A stretch of DNA of 64,000 bases from Phoronis australis (lineage: Eukaryota; Animalia; Phoronida): the NCBI GenBank assembly GCA_002633005.1, contig NMRA01000672.1, forward strand, positions 47,119-111,118. The letters run 5' to 3'. Below, piece after piece: positions 35,198 to 50,339 of this stretch (positions are counted from its first letter, which is position 1; every line of letters begins with the position of its first letter). A model generated the notes under the pieces. It did no database searches and was not told the origin of the DNA. It saw nothing but the letters and a program-made list of their open reading frames with translations. A program made the position numbers and the translations under genes.

Positions 35198-38100
35198 CAT
35201 GGAGCATATATGAAGACTAATAGTTCTTATTCTAATATAATATCAACACACAGATTTATAACAATACAACCCTTATTACTTACTGGCTAAGAAGAGAATA
35301 CATGCAGAAAGCTTTGACAATAAAACTCATTTAAAAAAATTGAACTAGAGCTAGTGTTGAGTACTTCAGTGTCTGATCTTTTAAGGTCATGAAACACGTA
35401 GGTCTTTTGACATCAGGGCATGGGATATAATCTCTGGACTCAAAATTCAACTAAAAAATTGACCAATTGCATGCGGCACACTGCTGACCGGTCAGTGTGA
35501 AAAATACATGGAGTTGCAGTGGAGTCAGTGGCAAAGCGACAAATGGGATTTTTGCTTGGATCATATACCCGAACTCAGAACTTGTTTACTTGGCCATCAG
35601 TGCAACTGGTATCAATTTGAAGGATATTATGTAAAATTACATTTTAATGCTATCTTCCATGAAATAGTCATTGTACACTAATCCACCAGTCTAATTGCAC
35701 CATACAGCAGTAACCAAACCCCAGGCTTCACACTATTTACTCCAGACCCAGTCCAGCAAAATATTTACTTATTACCCAATCTCCTGGCACAAAACTGTGA
35801 CTGGTTAACACCAATCCCACTAATGGGCTGAAAGCTGTTCCTCAGAAGCATAATAAATCCAGAGCAATAAACCCAGAGCAAACAACATTCAATGGAGTGA
35901 GATCTCACCTCAATAATAATATTTGTGTATTGGTGGTACATTGCATCATGAAGAGTAATCAAATCTGTGCTTTCTGGCTAGTAACTACTCTCATGATAAC
36001 TTCAGCATTAGAATTTCCAGTAATTTTCCAAGGCTAAAATGACCACCAGGGGCGCTGGCGTATTGGTCATTCAGAACACCATGTTAAAAAATCTATTCTT
36101 GAGACGGCGAGACTGTGTGTATCTGTGCTACAAATGATATGGCCAAAGACTAAATTTATTCACTTATAACTTAATTACAAGATGCAAGGAATCTCAAACC
36201 ATATTTTCAATAATTAGACACTGTCACTCAGAAATGCATGCTTTTTTGCACTTTTTACTTTGAACTGCTAGCATTATCAGTATCCAGTTTGGACAGTAAC
36301 TCAGGAACGAATCTTGAAAATGAAAAAAAAATAATTTGGAACCACTTATCCTTGGCTAAAAACAGAAAAAATGAAATGTCAGTTGTTGGCGAAAGTGTGC
36401 CTTGGCGAGATTTTAACACACAATCTAGTACAGCAAAGCACTGGATGATCCAGTATCCTGTAAAATGCACTAACCCCATCTAGTGTTCTAGCAGAGAATC
36501 AATCCAACAGCTACAATTCTTTCAGTGCACTAAGGCAATACCATCCCTAGACAACTTCATTGACTTCTGTCCTGAACAACAAGTAATTGACAATTTATCC
36601 AGAACCAAGAAACCACTTCAAGCCTTGATAACAAATGTTGAGGTCAATTTTATGGTGATATGTGTTGCTTCAAAAGTTAACTGTTTTTGACAAAGAGAAT
36701 GCTTAGACAGCCTGGCTGAGAACAGATGTTTTATGGCTCTGGCAATCACTGCTGAGGAACTAAATAACACCAACTATAAAGTAGCAGGCCCTTTCATAAA
36801 TCATAAATAAGTCGCACACCAGGGCGAGACATATAGCCATGTACTTGAGGCAAGAAATCCTCGCTTATGGAATGGCAACTGTGAATTCTAGCCTATAAAT
36901 TCATTTCTTTTAACCAAAAAGTCAAAACAATCCAACCTCACCGACCAATCAATTCAGAGGCCGCCATTTTGCAATGTTACACTATAAAGATGCCCAGCAT
37001 ACTTGTACAACGCTCGCCTTTCACTCACGCGATTTTGCATGGTCTTACGTGATCTCGCTTTTCTAACATGACACGTCTGACGAGAATGGCCTCTACAGAC
37101 CTTGCTACATCAAGACCAGTCTAGATGTCCTTGTACAGTTCTTTTAGGGCATCAAAGAAATTTTGGCAACAGCAAGGTACACCACAGCCAGGCAGCAAGT
37201 CAAGCTCCTTCACATATACTGCCTGACTGAACTGAGTGAGATAATTGAGCGTGAAAATCTTTGTTAACAATAGTGTCACTGGAATTATTTCCACCAGATT
37301 AGATTTAAAGCATGGGAAACACAAAGGGTATGGCAAGGGGCTGTTTGTAGGTGATCAGGGTGAGTGAGGTGTATTTCATGCCAAGAACTTGGTCTATGGC
37401 ATTGCTGTGGAGACCAGTGGTATGACCAGACATTAAGTTTCTCAGTTAATAGTGCTACCCTTCACCCAGGACATGATGACAGGTAGCCAGCAGGACTCCT
37501 GTTACATCCAATAAACATTCCTGCAGTCAGGCCAACTTATGCCATTTCCTTCCTCAACTGAAAGTTAAGTTCATCAAGACAGTCGACAGAAGGCTGTGGG
37601 CTCCTGAAGCAGTTGTAAACAGTAGTTAGCAGTAGGACAGCAAGACCAACCTGTATAATTTCTGAGACTGAAATTGAGAGATGTGATTATGGACAACCTA
37701 TCGAAAAGAATATTTTGTCGATACAAACGGTATATATAATAGGGACATTATAAATTTTATTGCAGAAAATACATTTTTAGGATTATTGTTTGAAACGATA
37801 GACTTTTTGATGTTAATAGCTTTGACCAGAACTGAAAAACAATAAAATCCGTTGTTTTTGTGATTTCTTAACAAATCGTCAATTCTTGCCATTGCCTGCC
37901 AGACATTCGCTGCAATCAAGGTCGGTGTCTTTGTCATTCAAATATGCTTTAAAAATACTCTGCTATTTAATATGTGGGACTCGGCTCAGCGGCAGACCAT
38001 TCCGTGGCTGCTGCAGAGATAGTGGATTCAAATTCATGCCATTGCTTATTTAAATAAAATTATTTTTCTCACGGAGAATCTGAAAGTTAACGGCACGTGG

Positions 38101-39221
38101 CATATCCAAATTTCATAACAAGCCTCTTTTCTATGGTAATGTTTTTGATAGGTCTCCAAGACCATTAACCACTTGTATACATAATACTGATTAAGGGCAC
38201 AATTAGCACTGAGTATATAGAAAAACTGTTTCAATGTAAAAGGAAGACCAATATCTAAGTTTAGGGCCATGAAAAGTGAGAATTCTGTCGGAATCAAATG
38301 TGAATAATATTCAAGAATCAAACGTAAACTAATTGCAAGATTTCAGTTTTTAAGTACGGTTGATAGCTGGCTGCAAAGTTAATAACGCACAAAAGCATAA
38401 ACCACATGACCTGTTATAATAAGAGTACAACTTGGATTGATAAAGTTCGTGAATGGATCAATGAATACAAATGAAACTCAAATAGAACCTAATTGTCCTA
38501 ATTATAATAATCTTTAATGGAATGCAAAAGAGTTGTTTTAAGTCAGATTTTGTTCACCTTTATCCTTGGAAGCAACATTGTACTTAGTTAAAATTACATG
38601 TACTCCATATGAAAAAAGTTTGACACGCCAAAAATACCACTGCTGAAGAACTTGAATTATTCTTCCAACTACCTAACACAAAATCAAAACTACTGTAGAC
38701 TTCCATACATGTCCCAACATAATAGTACCACTAGTTGTGATCCCAGGATATGAACATACTATCACTTGAATTGCAATGCACAAGAGACCAAGATAACAAC
38801 ACTGCAGAACAATATGTAATCATTAACGTTATGGATATATATTTGGAACCCATTACTGTCCAAGGTATATTTTAAGATCATCAAACTACAGGAAAATCAA
38901 CCCTATCCAACTATGGATAAAAACTGGATCACTTACAATAACTCAGGGCTCAGGGGTGGTAAACTCCAACTGGCCTCAAATCATCAACTTGTCTACAGGC
39001 AGGTCATGCTGACAAAATACATGGTTGACAGGGTGTCAAAATAACTACCAGAGTCCTCAAGTACCAGGGTAGAATAACAATAAAACCCTAATAAAAACAC
39101 TGGATGGGTTTGACACAGACAATGTGAGACCAGTTGCAAACAGGTTGGATGGTGAACTATGAGGTGGCGGCATTAGGTTGCCAAGCCTCCTAGTGGCAGG
39201 ATTGGAAACTAGTCCAGTGTC

Positions 39222-39470
39222 TGTTTCAAGAAAATTGACTTCAGACTTTAGACAGGAATTTGTCATACATCCCACAGATTTTTTTTCAATAATAATTAAA
39301 TCTCACTAGAGCAAAAATTCAAAGTCTGAGAATATTCATATATTATACTGCTTGTTACTGAGACAATTTCTACAAACCATTTCTAGACTGTGATGCCTTC
39401 ATAATTACTTGGCTAAATCTTTATTTAGCAATTGTGAAGTAGGAGCGTAAGACCAAATTTCTGTCTGATT
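39222..39470. mobile_element. MITE-like element, same family as 12861-13116
   Basis: Shares gact(t)...agacag(a/g)aatttg near the left end and aggagcg(c/t)aagac(a/c)aaatt near the right end. Confidence 0.5.
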
Positions 39471-42400
39471 GTTGAAAAGTTTGCACGGTTTCCATAAAAA
39501 TGTCAAATCCTCAGAATTTTCTGGAACTGATCGAGGGTGGAGGACGGGTGGAGTCTTCAGATTTTGGTTGCCACGTGTATGGGTCCTGCCCCATGGTGAT
39601 GAAGGGTATAGAGCCAGACAGCCCAAGCGGGGTTTAGTCAGTGTTTGAGCAAAATGTGCTCAGTTTACTGCAAGGATTAATAGCCTAACATGTTTCAACT
39701 GTTTGATATTAATTATTCCACCGGTTATCTTTTTATCTGAATTTCTTTTTAACTTCCTCTTTGCACATCATAATGGAGACGAGGCCTTCATTCTTCATTT
39801 TATCCAGGGATGCTTCCATCCTTGCTTTTTTGTTTTTATCATACTTCAACTTTGCTATGTTAGATCGTTGTATCTGAAAGTTTCACATGAATCTGACCAG
39901 CCGTTTCAGTCAAATTCGGCCATTTTTATAGTGTCCTTACATAACCTTAACACCCAAAACCTGAAGGTGTCAATCATTCAAAAATCAACCACACAACCTC
40001 AGATCATTAGTCCATTTTAATGTAACATCTACTTAACACAAATTTTGAGGTCATTAGAGTAGGAACTGTAAATAAAAGCCAGCTGTTTTCGTTGGTAAGA
40101 TTGAGCAATCTGGAGAGTTCGTTAGGTGTTAATTTGTACCTGACATAAAGTTACATGGTGACTCAGTAACACAGAAACCATCACTAAATTGTAACTGATT
40201 TTCACTCCAACAGTTATGAAATATGCTAGTCATTTGAAAATGTTATTTCCTTTGCCTTGCAACATTCAAGGAAAGCCAAAAATACACTTGTCTTGCAGTT
40301 TTTCAGTCGACCCATCAAAATAAGCCTCGGTTCCAAGAATCACAAATCAGCAAGGCGGAAATAATCATTTTGGAATGGAGAAACTCAAAATTTTGCAAAA
40401 TCCAGAATCCCACTAACTCTAATGTAGTATTTCTAAAAGTTAAAATAACTATCTAGCCAGTTGTAAAAAAAAACACAAAATCCCAATCCCAAAACCTCAG
40501 GGTAGCGAATTTTTACACAAAATAGACCATATCAGAAAGAATTTCAATCACAGCTCATGCAAGTTTCATTGAGTCCACAACAGATATTCATGAGCCCAGG
40601 CAATAACGAATCCATTCATGACTCTGTGTAATACATAAAAGTGCAAAACATTCAAAGAACCAGAACAGGAACTTGTGAGACATGGGTGGTTCACATCAGG
40701 CGCCCATTGAATTTGGCAAGATTGCACAATTAAACAAAGTCAGCAGGTGCAACAAGCCAAGCATGACTGACATGGCTCCACGGCATTCTTGTAGTTCACG
40801 GGTTCACCAATTTTTACCATGGAAAATTTAGTATGCGGAAAGATTGAAATTTTCACCTCTTCAAATTCTATGTGACAAAATCTGCAAAACAAATTGTAAC
40901 TGTTAGTGTTGTGTAAGCGTGAAATTGTCCATCTTGTATGTGAAATTTGGTATGTATTTGCCCAAATTAACACTGAGCCAAACTAAAAAAATGAACAAGT
41001 TTCCCATTTTCAACAACTTAAGGAATACCCTCTATATTTGACCTTCAATATAAATAAACCTCAATGGCAACAGAAAAAAGAGAACCATCAAGTCGTGTAC
41101 AATTTCACTTGACACTGGAACAAAACAAACATGGCTGCCACATCTGAACAAACAACAGGAAGTAGTTGAGTTCTTTTGGTATCTAACACAATGCAAAATG
41201 TTTTTCAAAGAGAGAAGGCCACAAGAACAACATTTACATATGTGGCAACACTGGGGGAGTTGAAGTAATTAGTCCCAGATGTTGTCCTCAGAAAAGATGG
41301 ACTACAATGAACTACTATCCAACAGGACTTAAAATACAAGCAGCGGTGGTTTATAAGCATGAGCTGTCTGCCATTGTTAGCTATAAAGGTGGTTAAATTA
41401 TACGTGACATTTGAATGGTGAGCATTAAACAGTTTACAAAATCCTAATTGAAGAAAATCAGCCTTCCGGTCATAAAATCACTCAGAGACCCGAACTTAAG
41501 TAACAGGAAACCCCACAGGGTAAATTTAGATTTTTTGCTCAAAATGTTATGTTAGCAATATCCAATGTCCAGGAAAATTAAGACGTGACAAACTTTGTGG
41601 TTTCACTTACTCTCCCGTTGTTTCCAATTTAAACATCAAATATCCTTGGAATAGACCCTGAATCACCTACCACAGAACAGAGATACCACAGGTTATAATA
41701 CAGTGTGTGGAGGGAATGCTTGTATTCATCGGCAGACAAAGGGCTACGACAGGGTTCCGGATGGCATGAGGATTTTCAGGCTTTCAACAAGGCTGAGTAG
41801 ATACTCATCCTTTCACAGTGTGGAGGCAAAAAAGGGCCCAGTTGTGAGAACTTCCATATATATGATCATCACCAGAGAAAGTTAGTTGCTTGTTTGATAT
41901 ATCTGAGGTTGCTATGAGAATTATTTGTCAACTGAAACAAACGTGTGAGAAAAAACTATGCAGGTCACAAACAATTCCAACCAGTTTCCACCCTCCCCGC
42001 ATTTGTACCATAAACAGAGTCCAACCACTTCACACCCTCCCCTCCAAGCAAGTTCCACCTATGTTTTAAGTGCTCAACCAGACCTGGCGACCATTAGAAA
42101 TCCATCAGGGAACTTGATGCCAATTGGGGTCATTGTGAACAGACATTTCTATAGCATATAACTTATACTAAACACCTGCCACAAATTTCAACAAATTGAA
42201 CAGCTGTTCCACCACCTCTCATGTAAAACTTTTTCATTAAGCCTATCCAATCTCTCCCAGGCATTTAATAATTTGTTCAACACCATCAGATCTATGCACG
42301 CTGGCTTCTTCAATGGGCATTGCACATAACTGATTCCTGGAATGGTGGCTGGCACCATCATAAGTTAAGCACTGAATGCTTCCTCAGTTTCAAAATGTCC

Positions 42401-42612
42401 TTTCTTGAAGCAAAATTACATTGCCCAGTATGTATTCTGCATTTAACAATGATCACCTTCCCACTAATTCCTGTATATTGCTACATTCTATTTCATCAGC
42501 TCCAATGCCGTTACATCAACACTTAATCCTCACACCTGAGAACAATAGAACTTGGGCAAGAAATCTACACAACCTTTACATTTTAGGGTTTTTACGGTAG
42601 TTTCAATGTCAG

Positions 42613-42651
42613 CAAACTTCTCTCAGACAAACTTCTCTCAGACAAACTTCT
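42613..42651. repeat. 15 bp tandem repeat (caaacttctctcaga, about 2.6 copies)
   Basis: Direct read. Confidence 0.85.
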
Positions 42652-45600
42652 TATTGAAAACGTTAAAATATGGGTAGCCTCCAAGAAAAATTGACAAGCT
42701 TAGCAAAAAATAATTTTGTAAAAAAAAACTGTCTCAACCACTGATCTTACATAATTTGTCAGGTGTGAATCCAAGTGTGCTGTCCTTATTGCCAAATATG
42801 TGGTCACTTGGAATGTCTGGCACCATCTGCTGAAACTATTGAGCAGGAACATCCTGTCTGTGGTCAATGGTCCATTGCTGGACATCTGGGCATAAAACTT
42901 GACCAGTAACAGTAAGTGATCGTAATGACTTGATGACTTTCCAATACAGCCTATGCTGCAACAGATCCAACGGCAGAACGCCAGAAAATGAAGTTGACAC
43001 CAACGATCTGAAGCTAACTAGAATGTTGGTGAATGAGATACCATCAGCATCTATGGGCCAGCAGCACATAGTGAAAATATACAGGAAACGATCCTCAAGT
43101 TCGTTTAGGTATAAGTTACAGCAATGCAACAAGCGCCAGGAACAAGGTAATCGGGCATAAGTAACAGTATTAGGGAGAAAATTGACCCAGCAAAATCTGA
43201 CACCACACTGACAATTTTACCCCAAACGGGAGTTAGTTGGCGCCACTACCCATTCGAGCAGAAACAGTGAAGTAAAATCAGCTGTTAGTTGATGCTAACG
43301 CGTCCCTCCCACTACATGCGCAGAGTAGTTGTCTTCTCCTCACTACAGTTTGAATAGAGTCGCAGTCTTGACGTTCAGCTGTTCGAAGGCTGGTGGGGAG
43401 GGGCAAACTGTCAAGCGCAACCTGCCCCAAGATAGGTCTTAGTTAAAGTTTCACATATACCATTGACTTTAGGGACCAAGAAGGTTTCACGGGTAGTTCT
43501 TTTTTATGACGAGTCTGTTTTGATAACATGAGTTTTTTTACTTGGCAACAACACAAAATGGGTGTTGCACAGAGCAAAACAACCAGTTTATCAGTAACAT
43601 GACAAGTGTTTTGAATCAAATTAGCAATATGATTCTAATTAGATCTCAGGATAACAAGCAAAGAATCCAGTATCGAGACATGATGACTGGCCGCTCATAT
43701 CATGGCAGTGGAATAACGTCATTATGGAACCAGTTGGTACCATGTATTTTTGGCCGTTTCTATGGCAACAAATTTTGACTATTTCAAGTAGTTTGTGAAT
43801 ATGTTTGATGAGGTGGTATCTGTGCAGTAACAATAACAACAACAATGGTGTTTTGGAACTAGAACATTTCACACAAGGGAGTGTGCCATTAACCCAATAT
43901 TCAAATTACTATGAAGAACTAGTAAACATACCCCTCTTGGTTAAGTGAAAATAAAGCTCAAGTCATAGAAAAAAAAGGACCACCGCTTTCTACTGTACCA
44001 GTAGAAACCATTTTCACGAAAAGAAACAATATTTCCCCAAACAGTGAACATAGGCCAATTTACCAGAAGATCCCATTTTGTTTGTCAGTTATGATGAATT
44101 ACAACAGATAAGCTGCTTGGTCTGGTGCATCCACATTCCACTGAGAAAGAAATAAGACATCAATATATAATGAGCAAAAAATATGGTCATCCTGACATGA
44201 GGTCACTCTGCAAGCAATCCGTGGAACCTTTGGTGCAGGCAATGAAACACAGGCAGTCCTTGACCTAGGATGGTTCTAAGTTGAGTTTCAAATTAAATCT
44301 GAGGGATTTAAGTAAAAACAGAATTTTATCATCTGGCTTTAATAATCGCGATATGACTATACAATCTAAGAAGTATTCTGTGGTATTCTTTTGTCTGACA
44401 TCCAACAAAAGTCTTCATCTGATCACTGGTATCAGTAATGAAGTTATAGTCCTGCTGTGTCACCATGGGGAGCCTGCCAGTAAGGAAGAATCTACTTGGC
44501 AGCATGTTTCTTGTAGAGTAACAGTAACCATTTGATTATAGCATTTGTACAACTAATTGGCCATCATAATGATAGACCCCAAAAGCTTCATAACCTCATA
44601 ATTATCTTGACCTTTGACCAATCATATCAACTATCTGATGTCAAATTTGCTGAGCTCAGTTAATGAACTCCTTTCTTATTTTGAACATGGATTCCATTTT
44701 GTATTGGTAAGCACTTTCAGCTATTCCCCTGACCCGAAGAAATCACTTCACATGAGTTATTAATTTACAAAACCCAGAAAACAGTCACTTAGTTACCAAC
44801 ACCTCAAAATGGAAAAGGGAGAAAGCCACAAGAGTTGGCCCAACCACATTATTCCCATGTTCACATACACCCTAAAACACTTTGGTGACATCATGTTTAG
44901 TTGTGTCTGCATAATGGAATCAGGCCCTAGGGCAGTAGGATAGTCCTTGATAATGAGTGACGGCCTATCCCAGAATAATACAACATCCATCAAGCTCTTC
45001 TCTAGCCTCATTTTCGCACCATTGCAGTTGTTCGTGTTATTAATTGGTGATTTGCTTTGTTCATGCTTTGCTCTTTGTAACTTCCAATCCCAGCAGATTT
45101 TTACTGCTGTATGTGGGATGCAACTCCCAAGGCACAAATCTGGATAAACTTGAAAAGAACCTGTAGATGCAATATTTTTCGACATCATTCCTAAGAATCA
45201 GCGAGACATTTGTAAAACGAAACCAATGCAACATGCATTTTCCTAAATCCTGGATAAATAAGATTTCTATCCGCGACCGTCCTACCACCATGGAAGGGGC
45301 ACAGGCACATGAACAGTCAAGGGTAACTCTGTTAACAACAGCAGGTGAGTATGTGCATATATGGTATGTCAAATGGGACATCCTGATGTTGTGTGACATA
45401 GGACAAAGCTTAAGGGTATGTATGGTTCATGTTGACAACCACGCAGGCACAAAGGCCATTTCCAGTTGGATAAATTGTTTAGAACAAAACCAGCAACAGT
45501 AGATTAGCAACTGTAATGTCATGTCAAATTTGAGTAAACAGTCGGTAGAGCACAATATACTTTTGAACCACTTCAAGTAGTTTTAGCCCATAAATTACAC

Positions 45601-45795
45601 AGAACTGTCTGGACATAACAAACAAGGTGATCAACACCAGACTGTTTGAAGGATCTGTCCCAGTCCATGAATGTTTCAAATCAACTTTTTGAATTGGTGT
45701 CATACAAAACCTGCATGATGTTTAATGGTGGGTGTGGGAATCAGACCGATGTCCACAAGGTATTCCACCTTGACACAGATAGGGTATTAATTCTC

Positions 45796-45812
45796 GTATG
45801 TATGTATGTATG

Positions 45813-45842
<30 letters not shown>
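45796..45842. repeat. (GTAT)n microsatellite, about 11-12 units
   Basis: Direct read; may be the tail of a minus-strand retroposon extending to ~45980. Confidence 0.95.
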
Positions 45843-45843
<1 letters not shown>

Positions 45844-48489
45844 GTATATAACTTTAGTGTAGTACACAGTTGGTAATCGCTTTTTGTCAGCAGGTTTGCG
45901 ACCACACTGCGACTTGCAAAGTTTCCCAACCTCAGTTATGTGGGGTGTCGCACCCGGAGTGCCAAATTTCCCCAACACTACTGCACGAGATGGCAATAGT
46001 TTGTGATCTCAATTTGTGCCTGAGTTATGTGGACGGAATTAGAACGATGAATTATAGGTTTCAGCAACATATAGTGATCAGAAATGTTTACAACTCTTCG
46101 TTTAGCTATCGTTTTGTCGAAGTTGTTGTGAAACAGGTTGTCTTTTTTCTTGCCCCTGCTGTTCAAGCAGTCGTGGCCGTCCCAATGACAACCATGACAG
46201 TTGCCAGATGAGTCCCTATGTGGACGGCATATCTGGATATGTGGGCTAACTTTTTCTTAGCCTAAATTTTTTACACTCACGACATAAGGATAAATTCAAG
46301 ATGGATGATCATTGGGAATTAAAGGAAGAAATCAGTTGCCAAGTTTCTCTTGCAAAACTCAATATGGCGTTTTCTTTGAGTCGTTGAGTCGCTGATGGTT
46401 TCTATGTTCAAGTCTTGTAACAGTAAGGAATATCAGGACAGCAATTTCATGGGTATAAGTAACTTGATTCATTTTTCATTTTTTGACAGCTAAATGCGGA
46501 GAAAATACCACCTTGAGTTTCATGTGAAAGTTTCAATTTCAACAAATCCCAAGACCGAGCCAACAGAGGGCACCCTCCTCCCATCAGTAATCCCCAGGCT
46601 AAAAGGGCAAACTCTGTAACTGTAAAGTTTCAAGTAACATTTTGTCAGAAGAATAACAATTTCCTATCTACTGATGATGTATTTGGTGCAGTTGAACTGG
46701 TAAACATGGAGTTAGTGCCAGGGGCAGAGATAACTGAGCAGCTGGTTTCAGAAATGAAATACTGTAACAAGCAAACAATGGGGGTTTGTTGATAATCAGG
46801 TTGGATGACCTCATCACCCGCTATTCTGATGGTGATGGGACAGATGGTGGAGGGTTGTAAACTTTGAATGGTACAAGAACAACTGAGGATAGGAACAAGG
46901 AGCATGTGCAGTGGGCCTTAAGGTTACATGAAGGCGATGTAGCCCTAATTAGAATGCAATCATCCTGAGGAAATGTCTAAGTAACTATAGCAACTGTCAA
47001 CACATAAAAGGATACTGAAATTTGGTGTTCTCGTTTTTTCACACAGGATAATTAGAACCTGGTTTATTTAAACCTTCTGTGTTACTGATATCAGGGCCCT
47101 CAATCCAAATATCGGTCCTATTTACTTCTGAAAATATTGAAAAATCATGCGAAATTCCCCTCACGTGGCCCAAAACTTCTTATCAAGGGATTGCAAAATT
47201 CCCCTGAGGTTCGAATCACTTGTAATCCAACAGGTGACAATTTGAAAGAGCACAAAATGTAAATTTTGGCTACTTGAGGCAGAGCCTATGAGATCTTACA
47301 ACAGGGTGAGGGATGCTATTGATCATCAGGTGATCAGTACATAGAATTTCCCCTTCACCCGAAAAAAATTTCCTCTCTGAAGGCACAGGCACCTTTTCCC
47401 TTGGATGAACAAGGCAACACTTGAACATCTGTGGCTATTCTTAATCTTTGAGCCCACAAATTATCAAAAAGGATAATTTTGGTCATTAATTTTTGTGCTA
47501 AATTAGTGAAATTTAACCGTACAGCTCGGACAGTTTTATTGCAGGCAAGAAGCCAATTAGGTTTCTAGTCACAGTCGCTACTGTTTAAACAAAAATCGGC
47601 AATAGAACCAGTTTGAAGCCTGTAATTCAGCAAAGAAAATTGTTTCTCCCAATGTGGGATCCCGTAAGAGATTTTTACCCAGAAATCTGTCTTGACATTG
47701 AACAGAAACTGAGCAAGGTGCATATTTACCCAAACATCTGCAAAACTATGAATTTTTAACGATCAGTAAAAGTGTATTATATTTTCTGAAAGGAGTAAGC
47801 TGTACTGTGTGAGCAAGTCTTCCCATATGCAAAATTTATTGAATACACAACACTTGTCGTTATTAACAATCTTTATTCCACTCCGTTCATATTCTCTTGC
47901 TCAGTTGCTTTACCAATGTTCTGTTGAGTGTCAAACTTTGTTACGAGGATACGAACGGAATAAAGATTGTTATTTATTTATTTATTTATGACAAGTAATA
48001 ACGACAAGTGTTGTGTATTCAAAAAAAGTTGCAGCATTTGACTTTTGACATTTTATTTACGTGACTTTAAATGAGTCATGTGACCATATACTTCAGTAAA
48101 ATTTATCAAAAGAAGATAGATACATCCAAAATAAAACAACAGTATCAACATAGCAACATGATCATACCTCATTTTATAGACACGTTCAAGATGAGTTCCA
48201 AAAATGATCTTACAGTTTTCTAAAATTCTTTTCTGTTTCATGCAACTCCAGACTTTTTCAATGGAAATCATTTACTCCTATTTTAATAACCCCTGTAATT
48301 GTGGAAATTCTTTTTAAAAAATTCCTAATAGCATTTTGGAGAACAGTATTTGAACGTTTCATCCGAATCCGATCAGCCATTATTGAGTTACGATGTTCCA
48401 AAGTAAGTCAGATTTGAACATTTTTCTGGGGTCCTACACAAATTTAATCCACTCAAGTACTGACAAGGCAAGAGGATTAGAAGCCCAAA

Positions 48490-48690
48490 AGTGCTTGGCC
48501 ACATCAGTGGCCAGCTCACTACTAAAGGCAGTTATAGAGGCGGCTTGTACTACTATGGTGCCTGTCTGTATTTGTCTTCTAGGAATTTACAGTGATGGGA
48601 TTAGAGGCCTTGGAAATGAGTTACTGACTGAGCCACTAAGAGGACATTTGTGGGTGTCACGTGGCTTGAGACTCTTGGCTGGCGAAAGTT
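48490..48690 (-). mobile_element. Degraded CR1-like ORF2 C-terminal fragment
   Basis: Minus-strand translation SFPRPLIP...IVVQAASITAFSSEL resembles SFFPRTI..WN.LP..VV.A.S...FK..L. Confidence 0.3.
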
Positions 48691-49806
48691 ATCCATCCAA
48701 CTACATACAGTGAACGATGACCATTAAAATCATTAACAAAATTGCAATACCACTGCCCATACGTTACTGCACTATAAAACTGATCCCAACTTCTTAAATT
48801 TCTAGGCAGCTATTTATAAAATTAGCAAGTTTAGGGAACATATTCGGGTTTGCAATTTTTTCCAGATTCAAATATTGTTAAACTTTATTAAACTAAGCAT
48901 ATTCTGTAAAATGTTGGTTGCTTTTGTTTCCTGAAAACAAACTCATCAGGTCTCAAAAGGGCAGAAATTTTGAATGATATAGTGCCAACACTACTTTATA
49001 GTGGAGGTTTTGATACTATTCCTCAAACAAATAACTAATTTATTCTGGTCCTGAAAACATTTTATGTTACTACCAGGACCTACAAAACCAGTTGCTTGCT
49101 GACAAAAACTGAGCAAGACTGAATGAATAAGGACAGGCTCATCAACTCCAACAGGGCCCTAAACAAGGATGGAGTTGGCAAGAGATATCTAGTTGTAGCA
49201 ACTATCTATGGCTATGAATCACTCAAGTAGACAGAAAAACAACAGAGGTCTATCTATTCCATTATCAGGAGAAATAAACAGCATTGTTGAAGTGTTTAAT
49301 AGGTATAACCTTCTTCTGTATAAATTGTTTGTTTTCATAACATGTTTCAAAATTAGGAGACATTGGCATGGGGGGCTATTTCTGATTTCCCCAAAATGAA
49401 AAACAGCTGTTTATAATTGGATTACAAAATTAGGTAAAAGTTCTAAATGCTGAACATCAAGGCATTGTAACAGGATTCACCATTACAAACTCATTGCACT
49501 CTGCATGTTGCCGTATTCTATTCTTTACAAAATCATCAAAATTTGTGAAACTTTCTGAACACAGTGAGTGATCCCCCCCCCCCTCACTACAATTTTTCCA
49601 TACATCAAGTAGCATACCTCAAACACATTTCTAGTACACTGCAAGACAAAGCAAAATACAATTCAGTTAAAGCATTCATGGGAATTCATGAGAAACTTTT
49701 TTTCGGCACATCAAGTTCCTCTGTTAGCATTAAACAGGCAACTTCATGCATTAGTTTACTGCTAATTGTAACGTTGCTGGTTGGGAGATGAAAGTCCAAC
49801 TCTTAC

Positions 49807-50104
49807 CTGGGTCGTGGAATGGGACGAGTACATAGTTATACAAGGGCTGTTCCACTCTATTAAGGGTTGTGGCCAAAATCTTGTTGGCACCTGCAATAAC
49901 TTGAACCAAATCGTCATACATAGAACCAGTGATGTCGAATACAAAAGCCAGCGACGAGGCGCCTTGTGGAATGTCGTTGTCAGTCAACTCATGCGTGTAG
50001 GTCCGATACTGAGAATAACTCGGCTCCGAATACGATTGCCCACTTGTCGTGGCGATAGCCATGCAAGTTAAAAGCACGACGCCAGAATTTATTGGCGATT
50101 TCAT
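49807..50104 (-). CDS. HMCN1: Hemicentin exon 1: signal peptide and start of VWA
   Basis: ATG at 50104 (aaaATG); [22 protein letters not shown]...[17 protein letters not shown]...LVPFHDP; donor G|GTAAG, phase 1. Confidence 0.93.
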
Positions 50105-50339
50105 TTTCAACTTTTAAAAGTCTTGAAGCCCACACAAACCACTTGATTTGGTCTCTTGTCGATTCACAGTCAGAGCACCTATCCGAACTCGATCAAAATA
50201 TACGGCAGGGGAACACTACCTTGACAATTAAAAATGAGCGATCCTATTACGTCCGCTATGTTAAAACACTGTCCATTTTCTAAGTGTAATGAAACAAAGA
50301 CCAACCGAAAAAAAACTTTCCTATCGCTACTTCGTCAGC

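Larger units (their letters stand above)
26..50104 (-). other. HMCN1: Hemicentin gene span (5' part, 30 coding exons; continues beyond position 1)
   Basis: Spliced ORF of signal peptide, VWA, hemicentin motif and 16 tandem I-set Ig domains. All 29 internal introns are GT-AG with matching phases. Peptides such as [19 protein letters not shown] and [17 protein letters not shown] match hemicentin-1 as I recall it. Confidence 0.95.

Noticed and set aside
37400-37500. SINE-core-like cccttcacccagg
   Set aside because: No recognisable A/B boxes; too degenerate.
42750-43130. Possible RTE RT remnant (ELEDRFLY...QQWTI...LLNSFSRWC)
   Set aside because: Resemblance too weak to call without a search.
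44793-45399. Longer intronic ORFs, possibly a Tx1/L1 remnant
   Set aside because: No convincing motifs or splice structure.
50105-50110. TTG start given by the ORF track
   Set aside because: Eukaryotic gene; the ATG at 50104 has A at -3 and begins the signal peptide.
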